Source: an uncultured Syntrophaceae bacterium (GTDB lineage Bacteria > Desulfobacterota > Syntrophia > Syntrophales > UBA2210). Taken from it: a stretch of 56,842 nt of DNA. Shown piece by piece: positions 16,378 to 26,021 of this stretch (positions within the stretch are counted from its first letter, which is position 1; every line of letters starts with the position of its first letter). Position numbers and translations under genes: made by a program. The DNA is taken from positions 1 to 56,842 of the forward strand of contig CAZNBR010000003.1 of assembly GCA_964571315.1 (NCBI GenBank), read 5' to 3'. The notes beneath the pieces were generated by a model. The model ran no database searches, was not told the DNA's origin, and saw only the letters and a program-made list of their open reading frames with translations.

Positions 16378-18021
16378 ATGGAAGGAGAATTCAGACATAT
16401 TAACCTGGCAGAGATCACGCCCAACCCTATGAACCCGCGCAAACGGTACAAGGGCGCCGCCTTCGACGAACTGGTTCTATCCATATCCGAAAAAGGCGTC
16501 ATCGAACCCATAGTCGTGCGGCCTGCAAAGGTCGGATTTCAGATCGTGGCAGGGGAGCGTCGCTTCAAGGCCTCCATCATCGCCGCCCAGAAAAACGGCG
16601 GGAAAGAGTCGGCGACGATCCCGGCCATAATCCGCAATTACAACGATGACGACGTCTTCGACGTCATGGTCATCGAAAACCTGCACCGGGAAGATCTCTC
16701 GCCCCTCGAGCAGGCACGCTGTTTCAAGAAATACCTCGACAAAAAGGGGCATGAAGCCCTTCCCGAACTGGCGGAACGAACCGGAATCAACATCTGCTAT
16801 ATCCGGCGGCGCATCAGGGTACTTACCCTGCCAAAAGAAATACTGAAAGACTGGGACGATGAAACACTGCTCTACGGCCACCTGGAACAATTCATGAGAC
16901 TCGATTCCAAAGACGAAATTCTCAACTTCTATGAGGAACTAAAAGACCACTGGGGCGGATTACCCACTGTGAAAGAACTGAGGGACAGAATAAATAACAG
17001 ATCACCGCAGTTAGAGTGGGCCCTCTTTGACCGGGAAGCGGCCGGCTGCACCATATGCAACTTCAACTCCGATATCCAGCTGACCCTCTTTGCCACCGAT
17101 AACGGCGTCGACGATGCCATCTGCACCAACGCCCCCTGTTTCAAGGCAAAGCAGGCCGAATGGCTCACGGCCAACTGGAAAAAGACCGGCACATACAAAC
17201 AAAACAAAACGACCGGTTTCCGCTTTAACGACGACGTACAGCACGACATGTACAACGTTCAGCATAACCCGAAAAAGGTGTGTAAGACATGTCAGTCATT
17301 TCTGACAGTAATCGGCCTCGACGGAAAAGGAAGGTTTCCTTCAATGGCCTGTTTCGGCGATGAAGAATGTTTCAAAACAAAAGAAAACCTACAAGATGGA
17401 GAATCAGGGAACGCGGCTAAAGGACCGCCCGATTGGCACGGCACATATTTCCGGGAAAAATTCTATCGGCAGCGTATCCCCGAAGTAACAGCGGATCTCA
17501 CCTTTGACGAAAAGATACAGCGCGTCTTGCTCCTGTCGGTGCTCCACTCCAACGCCGAGGCACGAGACACATTTTTAAAGCACCACTGTGGAAAAAAAGG
17601 ATGGTTTAGAAATTACCAGATATTTGAAGAAATCAAGGGAATGTCTCCAGACGATGTGCGTGCGGAACTAAAAACCGCTGCGATCAGTATACTCCTGCAG
17701 GAAAACATGGGGTCCGCCGCCAGGCATCACGCCGGCGCCTTCTTCGGCATCGAACTCGAAAAAGAATGGACCATGGACGAGGAATATCTCGGTAAAAAGA
17801 CAATCAAAGAGATCCTGTCACTCGGCGAATCCCTGGGCATATTCGCCGAACCCACGGTAAAGGCCTACCTGGAAGAGACGCTTATAAAGAAGCAGGGCAG
17901 GTTTGACACCTGCAAAAAGAGCGAACTGATAGACTGCATACTCAAATCAGGCGTGGACCTGACAGGCCGCCTCCCCGAAGAAATCACAGTCAAGAAAGGA
18001 GGTAAAGACAATGGGGAATGA
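16378..18021 (+). CDS. ParB/RepB/Spo0J-family protein with Cys-rich C-terminal region
   Basis: NPRK, GVIEPIVVR, IVAGERRFKA, ENLHREDLSPLEQA and an HTH. AAGGAG RBS before ATG 16378. Confidence 0.88.
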   Translation: MEGEFRHINLAEITPNPMNPRKRYKGAAFDELVLSISEKGVIEPIVVRPAKVGFQIVAGERRFKASIIAAQKNGGKESATIPAIIRNYNDDDVFDVMVIENLHREDLSPLEQARCFKKYLDKKGHEALPELAERTGINICYIRRRIRVLTLPKEILKDWDDETLLYGHLEQFMRLDSKDEILNFYEELKDHWGGLPTVKELRDRINNRSPQLEWALFDREAAGCTICNFNSDIQLTLFATDNGVDDAICTNAPCFKAKQAEWLTANWKKTGTYKQNKTTGFRFNDDVQHDMYNVQHNPKKVCKTCQSFLTVIGLDGKGRFPSMACFGDEECFKTKENLQDGESGNAAKGPPDWHGTYFREKFYRQRIPEVTADLTFDEKIQRVLLLSVLHSNAEARDTFLKHHCGKKGWFRNYQIFEEIKGMSPDDVRAELKTAAISILLQENMGSAARHHAGAFFGIELEKEWTMDEEYLGKKTIKEILSLGESLGIFAEPTVKAYLEETLIKKQGRFDTCKKSELIDCILKSGVDLTGRLPEEITVKKGGKDNGE

Positions 18022-18967
18022 TGCCGCCATGGCCATTTCGGATAGATACTGGGATAAGCCCTGGTCATTGGTTGATGGTTGCACACCCTGTTCCCCGGGG
18101 TGTGATCATTGCTGGAGTGCGAGTATGGCGCATAGGTTTAAGCGAGAGGGTGAACCTGGACATAGCAACGGCGTGTTGACAGATGCGCAGGGAAGTTTTG
18201 CCGGGTCTATAGTTTTATATCCCGACCGTCTTAGTGTACCCCTGAAACGCAAGAAGCCGACGGTGTACGCTGTGTGGAATGACCTGTTCCATGGGGATGT
18301 GCCGGAGCAATTCAGAGATCAAGCATATTCGGTCATGTTCTGTGCTTCACAGCATACAATTATAGTTCTGACAAAACGCCCAGAGGAAATGCAACACTAC
18401 CTCAACTCACGCCCACACGATTCACTGACTCCAGAACGACGCATCATTAAAAATGAATTGGGGTGGGATGATTGCCCTTATTCCGTACCATGGCCCCTTC
18501 CCAACGTCTACCACGGCCTCACCGTCTGTAACCAGCAGGAAGCCGACGAGAAGATTCCCATCTTTCTGCAAGTTCCCGGCAAGAAATTTCTGAGCATTGA
18601 ACCTTGTTTGGGGGAGATTGATTTACAACAGTCTTTCTACAAATCTCTGATATTACCCGAATCAGAGGGATTTGTCGGTATCGATGCCGTAATCCTCGGC
18701 GGCGAAAACGGAGCCGGTGCACGGCCCATGCATCCTGATTGGGTTCGGGCTGTGAGGGACCAGTGCGCGGCGGCAGGAGTGCTGTTCTTCTTTAAACAGT
18801 GGGGGGAATGGACCCCTAATTGCCTATGCGACACCAAAAACCCTCACGCCGTTATTGATAGACCACTAGGGAAACCTGGGGTTATGTTTCGTTGCGGAAG
18901 GAAGTCTAAGGAAAGCCGCCGTATAGATGGTCGGACCCATGACGATCTGCCGTGGAGAAAGTCATGA
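18011..18967 (+). CDS. DUF5131 (phage Gp37/Gp68-like, radical-SAM-like) protein
   Basis: GCTPCSPGCDHC, DLFH, LTKRP, FLSIEP, VILGGENG...ARPMHPDWVR and FFFKQWGEW. Confidence 0.88.
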   Translation: MGNDAAMAISDRYWDKPWSLVDGCTPCSPGCDHCWSASMAHRFKREGEPGHSNGVLTDAQGSFAGSIVLYPDRLSVPLKRKKPTVYAVWNDLFHGDVPEQFRDQAYSVMFCASQHTIIVLTKRPEEMQHYLNSRPHDSLTPERRIIKNELGWDDCPYSVPWPLPNVYHGLTVCNQQEADEKIPIFLQVPGKKFLSIEPCLGEIDLQQSFYKSLILPESEGFVGIDAVILGGENGAGARPMHPDWVRAVRDQCAAAGVLFFFKQWGEWTPNCLCDTKNPHAVIDRPLGKPGVMFRCGRKSKESRRIDGRTHDDLPWRKS

Positions 18968-19136
18968 GCGATAAATATCACACTCAATTTGCAAGACAGC
19001 TATTTGAGGTTGAGGCACGTAACAACTCCGCGGTATGCGACAGGGCTATAAAGTGCGCGGGGTGGGAGAAAAACCCGGCAAGGAATCGTTCAAATTCTGC
19101 CCTCATTGCGGCAAAGAAAGAACGTGGAGGGGATAA

Positions 19137-19328
19137 ATGAAACGGGAAGAATTTAAGTGGCTGCAAAAACTGGACAAGGCCGTCGATCTGAACTGGGATG
19201 ACATGACGGAATGGGAACGGCGATTCATCGAGGACATTCTGGAGCGGTTCCATCAGCACGGAGAACGCACAATAATCAGCCCGAAACAATGGGAAATCAT
19301 AACCAGGATATCGGAAAAGGTGGTGTGA
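19137..19328 (+). CDS. Hypothetical protein
   Basis: 63 aa, MTEWERRFIEDI...ISPKQ, with GGAGG RBS. Confidence 0.6.
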   Translation: MKREEFKWLQKLDKAVDLNWDDMTEWERRFIEDILERFHQHGERTIISPKQWEIITRISEKVV

Positions 19329-19681
19329 TGGGCAGCATGCAACGACTGAAGAAAAAGACAGAATTACGATACCGGAAGGGTTCGTCGAATCCTTGCGATA
19401 ATTGTTCCTATTGCGGGCATTACGTTTCTAGGGGGGCCTGGATTACGGAAACGCGAATCGAACCTCGCTGCAAAATCATGGGGTTGAAAACGTCAAACCG
19501 ATATCGTGTGCGCCCCGATTACACATGCGATGCTCAGGAGACATATTATTCCCCTAAGTTTTTGTTCCCAGGCGAAAAAGCGGCACTTGACGGCACATGC
19601 AGCCGCCCGGGAGACGAAGGACGGCTGCATGGCATGGGCATGGGCAGCAAAATCAGAATGGATAAGGAGGTCACAGGATGA
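19328..19681 (+). CDS. Cys-rich hypothetical protein
   Basis: ATG overlaps the previous stop. Pattern CDNCSYC...C...C suggests metal or Fe-S binding. Confidence 0.45.
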   Translation: MGSMQRLKKKTELRYRKGSSNPCDNCSYCGHYVSRGAWITETRIEPRCKIMGLKTSNRYRVRPDYTCDAQETYYSPKFLFPGEKAALDGTCSRPGDEGRLHGMGMGSKIRMDKEVTG

Positions 19682-20151
19682 TGACAGAGAAACCATATAG
19701 CAGTATAGACGAAACCTGCGCCCACATAAGACAGGTTGGCACGTATTTAATGATTATCGAACATCACTTACGGGTTAGAAAATGCGAACACGATTATTCT
19801 AAAAAGAACCCACCTGAATTAGACATATTCGATATTTACACTCCTAAGCTGAAGGGTACAACCTATGGTAGCGATGAATATAAACAGTATCTCACTGAAA
19901 TGAAGCCTGCCCTCGACCACCATTACGCACATAATCGACATCATCCCGAACACCACAAGGACGGCATTAATGACATGAACATGATTGACCTCATGGAAAT
20001 GTTCTGTGATTGGTTGGCGGCGACAAAGCGACATGCTGATGGGAATATAATGAAATCCATTGAGATTAACGGTGAGAGATTCGGAATTTCCGAACAGTTG
20101 AAAGCCATACTCAGAAACACGGTTAGCTATTTGGAGGATAAACACCGGTAA
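19678..20151 (+). CDS. DUF5662-like (HD-related) protein
   Basis: HDYSK, HHYAHNRHHPEH and EMFCDW. Confidence 0.75.
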   Translation: MMTEKPYSSIDETCAHIRQVGTYLMIIEHHLRVRKCEHDYSKKNPPELDIFDIYTPKLKGTTYGSDEYKQYLTEMKPALDHHYAHNRHHPEHHKDGINDMNMIDLMEMFCDWLAATKRHADGNIMKSIEINGERFGISEQLKAILRNTVSYLEDKHR

Positions 20152-20166
20152 ACCGGTTAGAAGCCC

Positions 20167-20379
20167 ATGCACCCATCTCATATAATACTATACGTCCTCG
20201 GCATTGCGGGCGTTATCCTGAACAATCATAAGCGCCGCGAATGTTTTTATGTCTGGCTGATCTCGAATGCTGGATGGATGGTAGTCGATTATCAATCTGG
20301 TCTTTATGTACAGGCAATGCTTTTTTTAACCTATTTTGCCTTGGCCGTTCACGGACTATGGAAGTGGAGCCGGACATAA
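20167..20379 (+). CDS. Small PnuC-like membrane protein
   Basis: Three short helices, FYVWLISN and HGLWKW. Confidence 0.65.
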   Translation: MHPSHIILYVLGIAGVILNNHKRRECFYVWLISNAGWMVVDYQSGLYVQAMLFLTYFALAVHGLWKWSRT

Positions 20380-20614
20380 TTTCCTCTGCCACGTTCCGCG
20401 CCAAGTAACCTGCCAGGTCGGCATCATCCTGGTAAGCTTGATCATATATCCTGAATCGTCATCGCGCGAGTGTGCGTGTTTCTGGGCTTTTTTTTTCAGC
20501 CCGGAACCCCCGGCCCCTTTTATTTCCCTATAAACCATTAAAATCATTAAGTATAGGCGTTTCTTACGATTTATCCACTTTATTGCATTTTATAACATAC
20601 TGATATTATTCATT

Positions 20615-20753
20615 ATGAGCGCTTGTAAACGTTTTTTTCAACAAATACCTTTACCAGTATTCACTTCCTCCCATCGCAGATACACCTGATAAAGTATAAG
20701 AACATGAGAACGGTATAAAGGGTTTCTCAAAAAAAACGTTTACAAGCGCTCAT
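20615..20753. repeat. Perfect 24-bp inverted repeat enclosing 91 bp
   Basis: atgagcgcttgtaaacgttttttt (20615-20638) and aaaaaaacgtttacaagcgctcat (20730-20753). Confidence 0.9.
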
Positions 20754-21184
20754 CTCACTCCTGGCGGATCTTCCGAAAATGACTACTTTGAATGATACGT
20801 GTGTGAATAAATTTGAATTTCGCGCGGGGAACATGCCTTCCACCCGGAGCTCCAGGGATAGTTATTCACCCGTGGCAGCCAGCCGCAAAGCAATCGATGG
20901 TCTTTTATTGGGTTGAGGGGGACCGGGGAGGAAAGAGAAATATTGAATAATGATTTGTGATAGATAGCGACAATTCACACCGGTAAAGGATAAATACCTT
21001 TCTCCTGGAGGGACAATGGGAAATACGCGGTGTATATTCTAACCGATCGCCTATAAATAATACAAGGGTGTATAATATATACTTGACAATAATATACTAT
21101 TAATGGTACTTGATAGCCGTGAATAGTAAAACAAAATAGTGTTTAACGTCAGTATTCAATAAACATGGAAGAAGGAGGCATGTT

Positions 21185-21880
21185 ATGAAGAAAAAAGATG
21201 TTACCCAGAACGTGACGGCTAGGACCTGGGCTTATCTTAGGGTAAGTACGGATAAACAGGATGTGGCCAACCAACGGTTGGAGATTCTGAAGCTGGCAAA
21301 TGAGCGTAAGGTGGGCTCGGTTGAATTTGTCGAGGATCCCGCAGTCACCGGGCGCGTCTCCTGGCGGGACCGGAAGATAGCCCGCGTGCTGAAAGAGATG
21401 GCAGAAGGCGATACGTTGATCGTTGCGGAGCTCTCGCGTCTCGGCCGGTCAATGTATGAGATCATGGAAATCCTGTCTCTGGCAGTGACGAAGGGTGTCC
21501 GGATTTACGCGGCCAAAGGTGGCTGGTCTCTGGATGACACAATCCAGAGCAAAATACTGGCGATGGTTTTTGCGATGGCGGCGGAGATTGAGCGAGATTT
21601 AAACGTACAACGTACACAGGCGGCGATGGCGACAAGACGGGCAATGGTATCTCGTGGTGAAAGCTGGGTATCGAAGGCGGGTAATGTTGTCAGCAGTCTT
21701 GGTAGACCGAAGGGACTGGGACCATCAAAACTGGATAAACATGAGGCGGCGATTCGGGAACACCTGGACCTCGGCGTTCCGGTTCGGAGGATTGCCGGGG
21801 ATCACAGCACAACGCCTGCAAATCTACACCGCTGGTTACGGAAGCACCGGATAGGAAAGAACGGAAAGGATCTGGAATAG
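21185..21880 (+). CDS. Small serine recombinase (resolvase/invertase family)
   Basis: AYLRVSTDKQ, GDTLIVAELSRLGRS, AEIERDL, LGRPKG and a C-terminal HTH. Confidence 0.93.
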   Translation: MKKKDVTQNVTARTWAYLRVSTDKQDVANQRLEILKLANERKVGSVEFVEDPAVTGRVSWRDRKIARVLKEMAEGDTLIVAELSRLGRSMYEIMEILSLAVTKGVRIYAAKGGWSLDDTIQSKILAMVFAMAAEIERDLNVQRTQAAMATRRAMVSRGESWVSKAGNVVSSLGRPKGLGPSKLDKHEAAIREHLDLGVPVRRIAGDHSTTPANLHRWLRKHRIGKNGKDLE

Positions 21881-21905
21881 TATCCTGATCAAAAAGAAAG
21901 GTTGA

Positions 21906-21936
21906 AGGCCGGGCAAGCGCCCGGCCTTTTCTTTTG
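21906..21936 (+). terminator. Rho-independent terminator after the recombinase
   Basis: aaggccgggc-aagc-gcccggcctt followed by ttctttt. Confidence 0.75.
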
Positions 21937-22197
21937 ATAGAGGTCGCACGGGTAGCCATGACCAATGACACTGACAGCCGATCCCCCAAAACCCAAAACC
22001 GCCTGACCGGGACTCCCTCCCCCCTCATCATCTCCATTTGTATAGAAATTTTTCAACTTTTCAAGGCGGTAAGTCCCTGACCTGCCTGGCAAGAGGAGAG
22101 GCGGAGCGATACGGATGAGCAGGTTTATAAAGAGAAAAGGGGACACGGGGACTCTTAGTTTTAATAACCTGTCAAGAATTATTTTCACTATTTTAAA

Positions 22198-22230
22198 GTC
22201 CGATGGCGTCCGATGGCGTCCGATGGCGTC
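22198..22230. repeat. 10-bp tandem repeat x3 (cgatggcgtc) upstream of the late promoter
   Basis: Read directly at 22201-22230. Confidence 0.85.
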
Positions 22231-22267
22231 GTCACGGGCAGCCGGGAGCTTTATCCCTGGAAAGCTG

Positions 22268-22348
22268 TGTTATAATGAGACCGTATAACTTTCTCCTACG
22301 CATGGAGACCGTTACAGCAGTCGCCGACCCTGCTGGTCTCCATGCGTA
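22268..22348 (+). promoter_or_regulatory. Extended -10 promoter (TGnTATAAT) and structured 5' leader of the packaging operon
   Basis: tgttataat at 22268-22276. 14-bp perfect stem tacgcatggagacc / ggtctccatgcgta (22297-22348). Confidence 0.6.
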
Positions 22349-22387
22349 TCTAAAAATCAGAGCACTAAACGAGAAGGTACCTTTTTT

Positions 22388-23032
22388 ATGGCAATAAGTA
22401 AAATCGAAAAATTGGGACTGGTTAAACGGATCGAGGATTTAATCGCACAGGGGACCAGATCATCCGAAGCTATTTCCGCAACCCTTAAGTCTGAGGGTTT
22501 CAGTATATCCCAGCCTACCATTTCTCGTTATCTGAAACGCACCCGTGAGGAGCGACGTGAAGAAACACAGAAAATCCTTTCTGACCACGTCCAGGAGCAT
22601 GTACCTGCTGATCTGACGGCGCTAGAAACGATGGAGGCGCAGTGTCTCCAGTGGGCGCACGAGGATAACGATGCCTTTGCCCATCGGCTGGCGGGGCGGA
22701 ACATCGCAACGAAACTGGATGAATGGGTATCAATAATCCTCAGTGCAAACCGAAATTCAGTTAATGGTGATAGTGAATCACTGGAAACTGCCCGCTTCCT
22801 GGCCGTAAAAGAGATTATGGCACAGGCCCTCGGCTTTATCGCCGATGAATTCGCAATCCAACGTGCTCGTCTCCTGGCCATGCAGCGGGCTTCTTCTATT
22901 ATCGAGATGAAACTCCGTTACGCCGGGCTGATGGGTGAGAGGGAGGGTAACGTCTTCATCCTTGGCAGCGAAGACCGGCTGGAGAAAGATGACACAGGCC
23001 GCTTCCTGGTGATCAAGGGAGGCCGCGACTGA
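22388..23032 (+). CDS. Terminase small subunit (putative)
   Basis: N-terminal HTH (ISQPTISRYLK) and helical body; stop overlaps the large-subunit start. Confidence 0.65.
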   Translation: MAISKIEKLGLVKRIEDLIAQGTRSSEAISATLKSEGFSISQPTISRYLKRTREERREETQKILSDHVQEHVPADLTALETMEAQCLQWAHEDNDAFAHRLAGRNIATKLDEWVSIILSANRNSVNGDSESLETARFLAVKEIMAQALGFIADEFAIQRARLLAMQRASSIIEMKLRYAGLMGEREGNVFILGSEDRLEKDDTGRFLVIKGGRD

Positions 23033-24468
23033 TGGCCCGTGAAGACCTCGTTTTCGACCTGACACCAACACAGACGAAATTCGTCCACAGCCGAGCGAAT
23101 ATCGTACAACTGGTCGGCCCGATGGGAGAGGGAAAGACCTTCACGGGACTTGTCGGGATGATCCATCATGCTGCCCGGTGCGGCATCAGTCTGCAGGCGG
23201 CATGGATACGTGATACATTAGAAAATATCAAGACCTCTACCGTTCAGAGTGTGACCGAAGTCTTGGGCGACTGGGCCATATTCAAAGACAATTATAAAAA
23301 ACTTCATATCCGGACTAATCCACCCGTCGATGTGGACATGTTCGGCATCGATGACCCGGCATCGATCTCTAAACTTCAAGGCCCGTTATATGGATGCATC
23401 ACGCTGGAGGAACCCGCTCCGATTCATGAACGTGCGAACGCGGGGCTTCCCAAGGAGGTTTTCCTCATGGCGATCGCCCGCGCCGGCAGACAGAAAGGGT
23501 CCTTTCCCCGGCTTCAGGTGATCCACAACCCCGGCGATGATACCCACTGGACGAGTGACCTGATTGACGACCCTCATGAATACATGGTCGCCGAGGACGG
23601 CACGATCATCTACAAAGATACCTTCTTTATCCCCAAGGGGGAGAATACCCACCTGACCGCCATTCAAAGGGCGATGAACCAGGCCGCGTTCAAGGACGAC
23701 AAAGGGAAATGGGCGAGATATGTTGAAGGAGAGGTCGCGACGGTAATGGAGGGCAAGAAGGTCACACCGCCCTACAACCCGTCCATTCATTTGTCGCAGA
23801 AGATACTCCCTGTCTATCCCGGAATACAGTGCATCCGCGCATGGGACGGCTATCACCACCCGTGTTGCGGCATCGCACAGTATAACCCCTCCGGGCAACT
23901 GGTTGTCCATGATGTTCTCTATGCCGAAGGGGTTGGGGTTGAAGAGTTGATCGAGGAGCAACTTCTTCCGTTACTGGCCACGCCAAAATATAAAGGAAAG
24001 ATCCTCGAAGATTGGCGGGATATGGGAGACCCGTCCATGGCGACAGCCGACCAGAGCAGCCGTAAGCGATCGGCAGCCAAGGTGATACGGGACATGTTGA
24101 AGACCCGTTTCGAACCCGGCCCTACTCGCTGGGCGAACCGGATCGATCCGACCAATTTTCATCTAAAGCGTCTCATCGGAGATGGCCGACCAGCGATCAT
24201 TCTTTCCGCGTCGGCAAAGCTTCTTCACCGGGCACTCAAAGGAGGCTGGCATTGGAAAGTGGACAACTCCGGGAATATTATGGGCACGACGCCGGTAAAG
24301 GATGAATATTCTCATCCGGGCGACATGTTTCTCTACCTGATTTCAGTTCTGATGCCCTACGATGCAACGCGGGCCCGGAAGCGCACGGCTCCACAGGCGG
24401 AGATGAACCGTATTTTAAGTTACGCGGCAGGCGGCAGATCCGGCCAGGCCAGCATCCCGCGTCACTAG
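23032..24468 (+). CDS. terL: Terminase large subunit
   Basis: LTPTQTKF, Walker A GPMGEGKT, Walker B-like ITLEE, HNPG, and nuclease residues (AWDG, GDPS, SHPGDMF.Y). Confidence 0.85.
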   Translation: MAREDLVFDLTPTQTKFVHSRANIVQLVGPMGEGKTFTGLVGMIHHAARCGISLQAAWIRDTLENIKTSTVQSVTEVLGDWAIFKDNYKKLHIRTNPPVDVDMFGIDDPASISKLQGPLYGCITLEEPAPIHERANAGLPKEVFLMAIARAGRQKGSFPRLQVIHNPGDDTHWTSDLIDDPHEYMVAEDGTIIYKDTFFIPKGENTHLTAIQRAMNQAAFKDDKGKWARYVEGEVATVMEGKKVTPPYNPSIHLSQKILPVYPGIQCIRAWDGYHHPCCGIAQYNPSGQLVVHDVLYAEGVGVEELIEEQLLPLLATPKYKGKILEDWRDMGDPSMATADQSSRKRSAAKVIRDMLKTRFEPGPTRWANRIDPTNFHLKRLIGDGRPAIILSASAKLLHRALKGGWHWKVDNSGNIMGTTPVKDEYSHPGDMFLYLISVLMPYDATRARKRTAPQAEMNRILSYAAGGRSGQASIPRH

Positions 24469-24480
24469 AAGGAAGTGATT

Positions 24481-24750
24481 ATGAGCGTTAAGGGAAAGAA
24501 AGCCCGGTATTTTGAGGTGAAAGACGGCGGACCATATGACGCTCCGGGAGAATCCTCGGAGATGTTTAAGTGCACCGATTGCGGCGCGGAGACGCACCCC
24601 GAAGAGGGCTGGAATGGCGCACCGGACCCGCATAGGTGCCACCCGAATTGCCGGGCGAACCATGGAGACTGGAAAATAGGCAGCGTGTCGCGCACATACA
24701 AAAAGAACTTTGACAGGATTTTCCCCAACGCGCCGGGCGCGGGGTTGTAA
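24481..24750 (+). CDS. Zn-finger-like hypothetical protein
   Basis: CTDC...CHPNC with a C-terminal YKKNFDRIF. Confidence 0.55.
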   Translation: MSVKGKKARYFEVKDGGPYDAPGESSEMFKCTDCGAETHPEEGWNGAPDPHRCHPNCRANHGDWKIGSVSRTYKKNFDRIFPNAPGAGL

Positions 24751-24791
24751 AAATAGGCAGGCAGACCATAGACAGAAAGGAAGATAGAAAA

Positions 24792-25055
24792 ATGATAATT
24801 AAATTTAGAGAGAATGATTCATGGGTTATCTTCGGAGAAATTGACCATATCGTCTACAAGGAGGCTTTTACGGTCGATGAAGAGAAAGGCTCGGACGATA
24901 AGGCTTTGTTTTTTCTGGCGGATAAAGATGACAAGGAAGCACATAAAATGAGGGTTGAATTTTTTACAAAGAATATGACGGAGGCAACAGTAATCTTTGC
25001 ATATTCACCCATTTACCTGATGAACGATGAGGGCCGAACGGTAGAGACCTTTTAA
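24792..25055 (+). CDS. Hypothetical protein
   Basis: 87 aa ending IYLMNDEGRTVETF, with an RBS. Confidence 0.6.
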   Translation: MIIKFRENDSWVIFGEIDHIVYKEAFTVDEEKGSDDKALFFLADKDDKEAHKMRVEFFTKNMTEATVIFAYSPIYLMNDEGRTVETF

Positions 25056-25155
25056 AAAGGCACTGCCTGCTTTTTTTCCAAGGACCGGAGGCTATCGATG
25101 ATGACAAAGACAGGATATTCCCGGCTGCGCCGGGAGCAGGGTTGTAATTTGAAGG

Positions 25156-25944
25156 ATGGAGGACAATATGCCCACGGTTAATATGTGTATCGGCAACATT
25201 GGCAGTGGAAAATCGATCCTGGCCCATAAATTGGCATCTATGGGGAGTGTCGTTTTTAATATGGATGCTTTCCAGATGATGGTTGCAGGTGGTGAATATG
25301 GATCTTATGATTTTACCAAAAAGGACATATACCAGGAAGCAGAAAATGTAACGATCAGAAAAGCTCTTGAGGCAGGGCTATCCGTTGTTATCGACCGCAC
25401 AAATATGGACAGAAAAAAAAGAGAACGGTTCATAAAGATCGGACAAGAATACGGTGCTAAAATAGTCGCCTATCATTGGGGAGCAGGCACAGAGAAGAAC
25501 ATCCAAAACCGAATTAAGGATCCCCGCGGAATCCCCGAAGCCAAGTGGCGGGAAGTCTACAATTTTATGCAAAAATCGTATGAACCGCCATCATTGGAAG
25601 AAGGAATATCGGAAATAATCGAAGCACCTCAATGTTACAGTTTTTATGCCTTTGATTTTGACGGAACCATCGTTACTAACAAGTTTCCTGAGATCGGGGA
25701 AATAATCGATGGAACCGTCGAAAGGATGAATCGCCTCTATACCGATCTAGCAAACATCATTATCATATGGACCTGCCGGAGCGAAGACTACACAAGCCAG
25801 ATGAGACAATTTCTCATCAAGAGGAAGATTCCTTTCGATTTCATAAATGAAAATCCTATTTTCGACACCGGGTCGAGAAAGATCTTCGCGCATGAATACC
25901 ATGATGATCGGGCTGTAAGGTGGAAGGGTAATGCTGATAAATAA
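25156..25944 (+). CDS. Polynucleotide kinase-like P-loop domain fused to HAD phosphatase
   Basis: GNIGSGKS, VVIDRTN...R, then AFDFDGT, IIWTCR and HDDRA. Confidence 0.8.
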   Translation: MEDNMPTVNMCIGNIGSGKSILAHKLASMGSVVFNMDAFQMMVAGGEYGSYDFTKKDIYQEAENVTIRKALEAGLSVVIDRTNMDRKKRERFIKIGQEYGAKIVAYHWGAGTEKNIQNRIKDPRGIPEAKWREVYNFMQKSYEPPSLEEGISEIIEAPQCYSFYAFDFDGTIVTNKFPEIGEIIDGTVERMNRLYTDLANIIIIWTCRSEDYTSQMRQFLIKRKIPFDFINENPIFDTGSRKIFAHEYHDDRAVRWKGNADK

Positions 25945-26021
25945 TGGGTGAACCTGTCACCCGAGATGGAGGACAAGGTCAAAGTACGTATGGAATACTA
26001 CACTGATAAGGGGAAGAGTTG

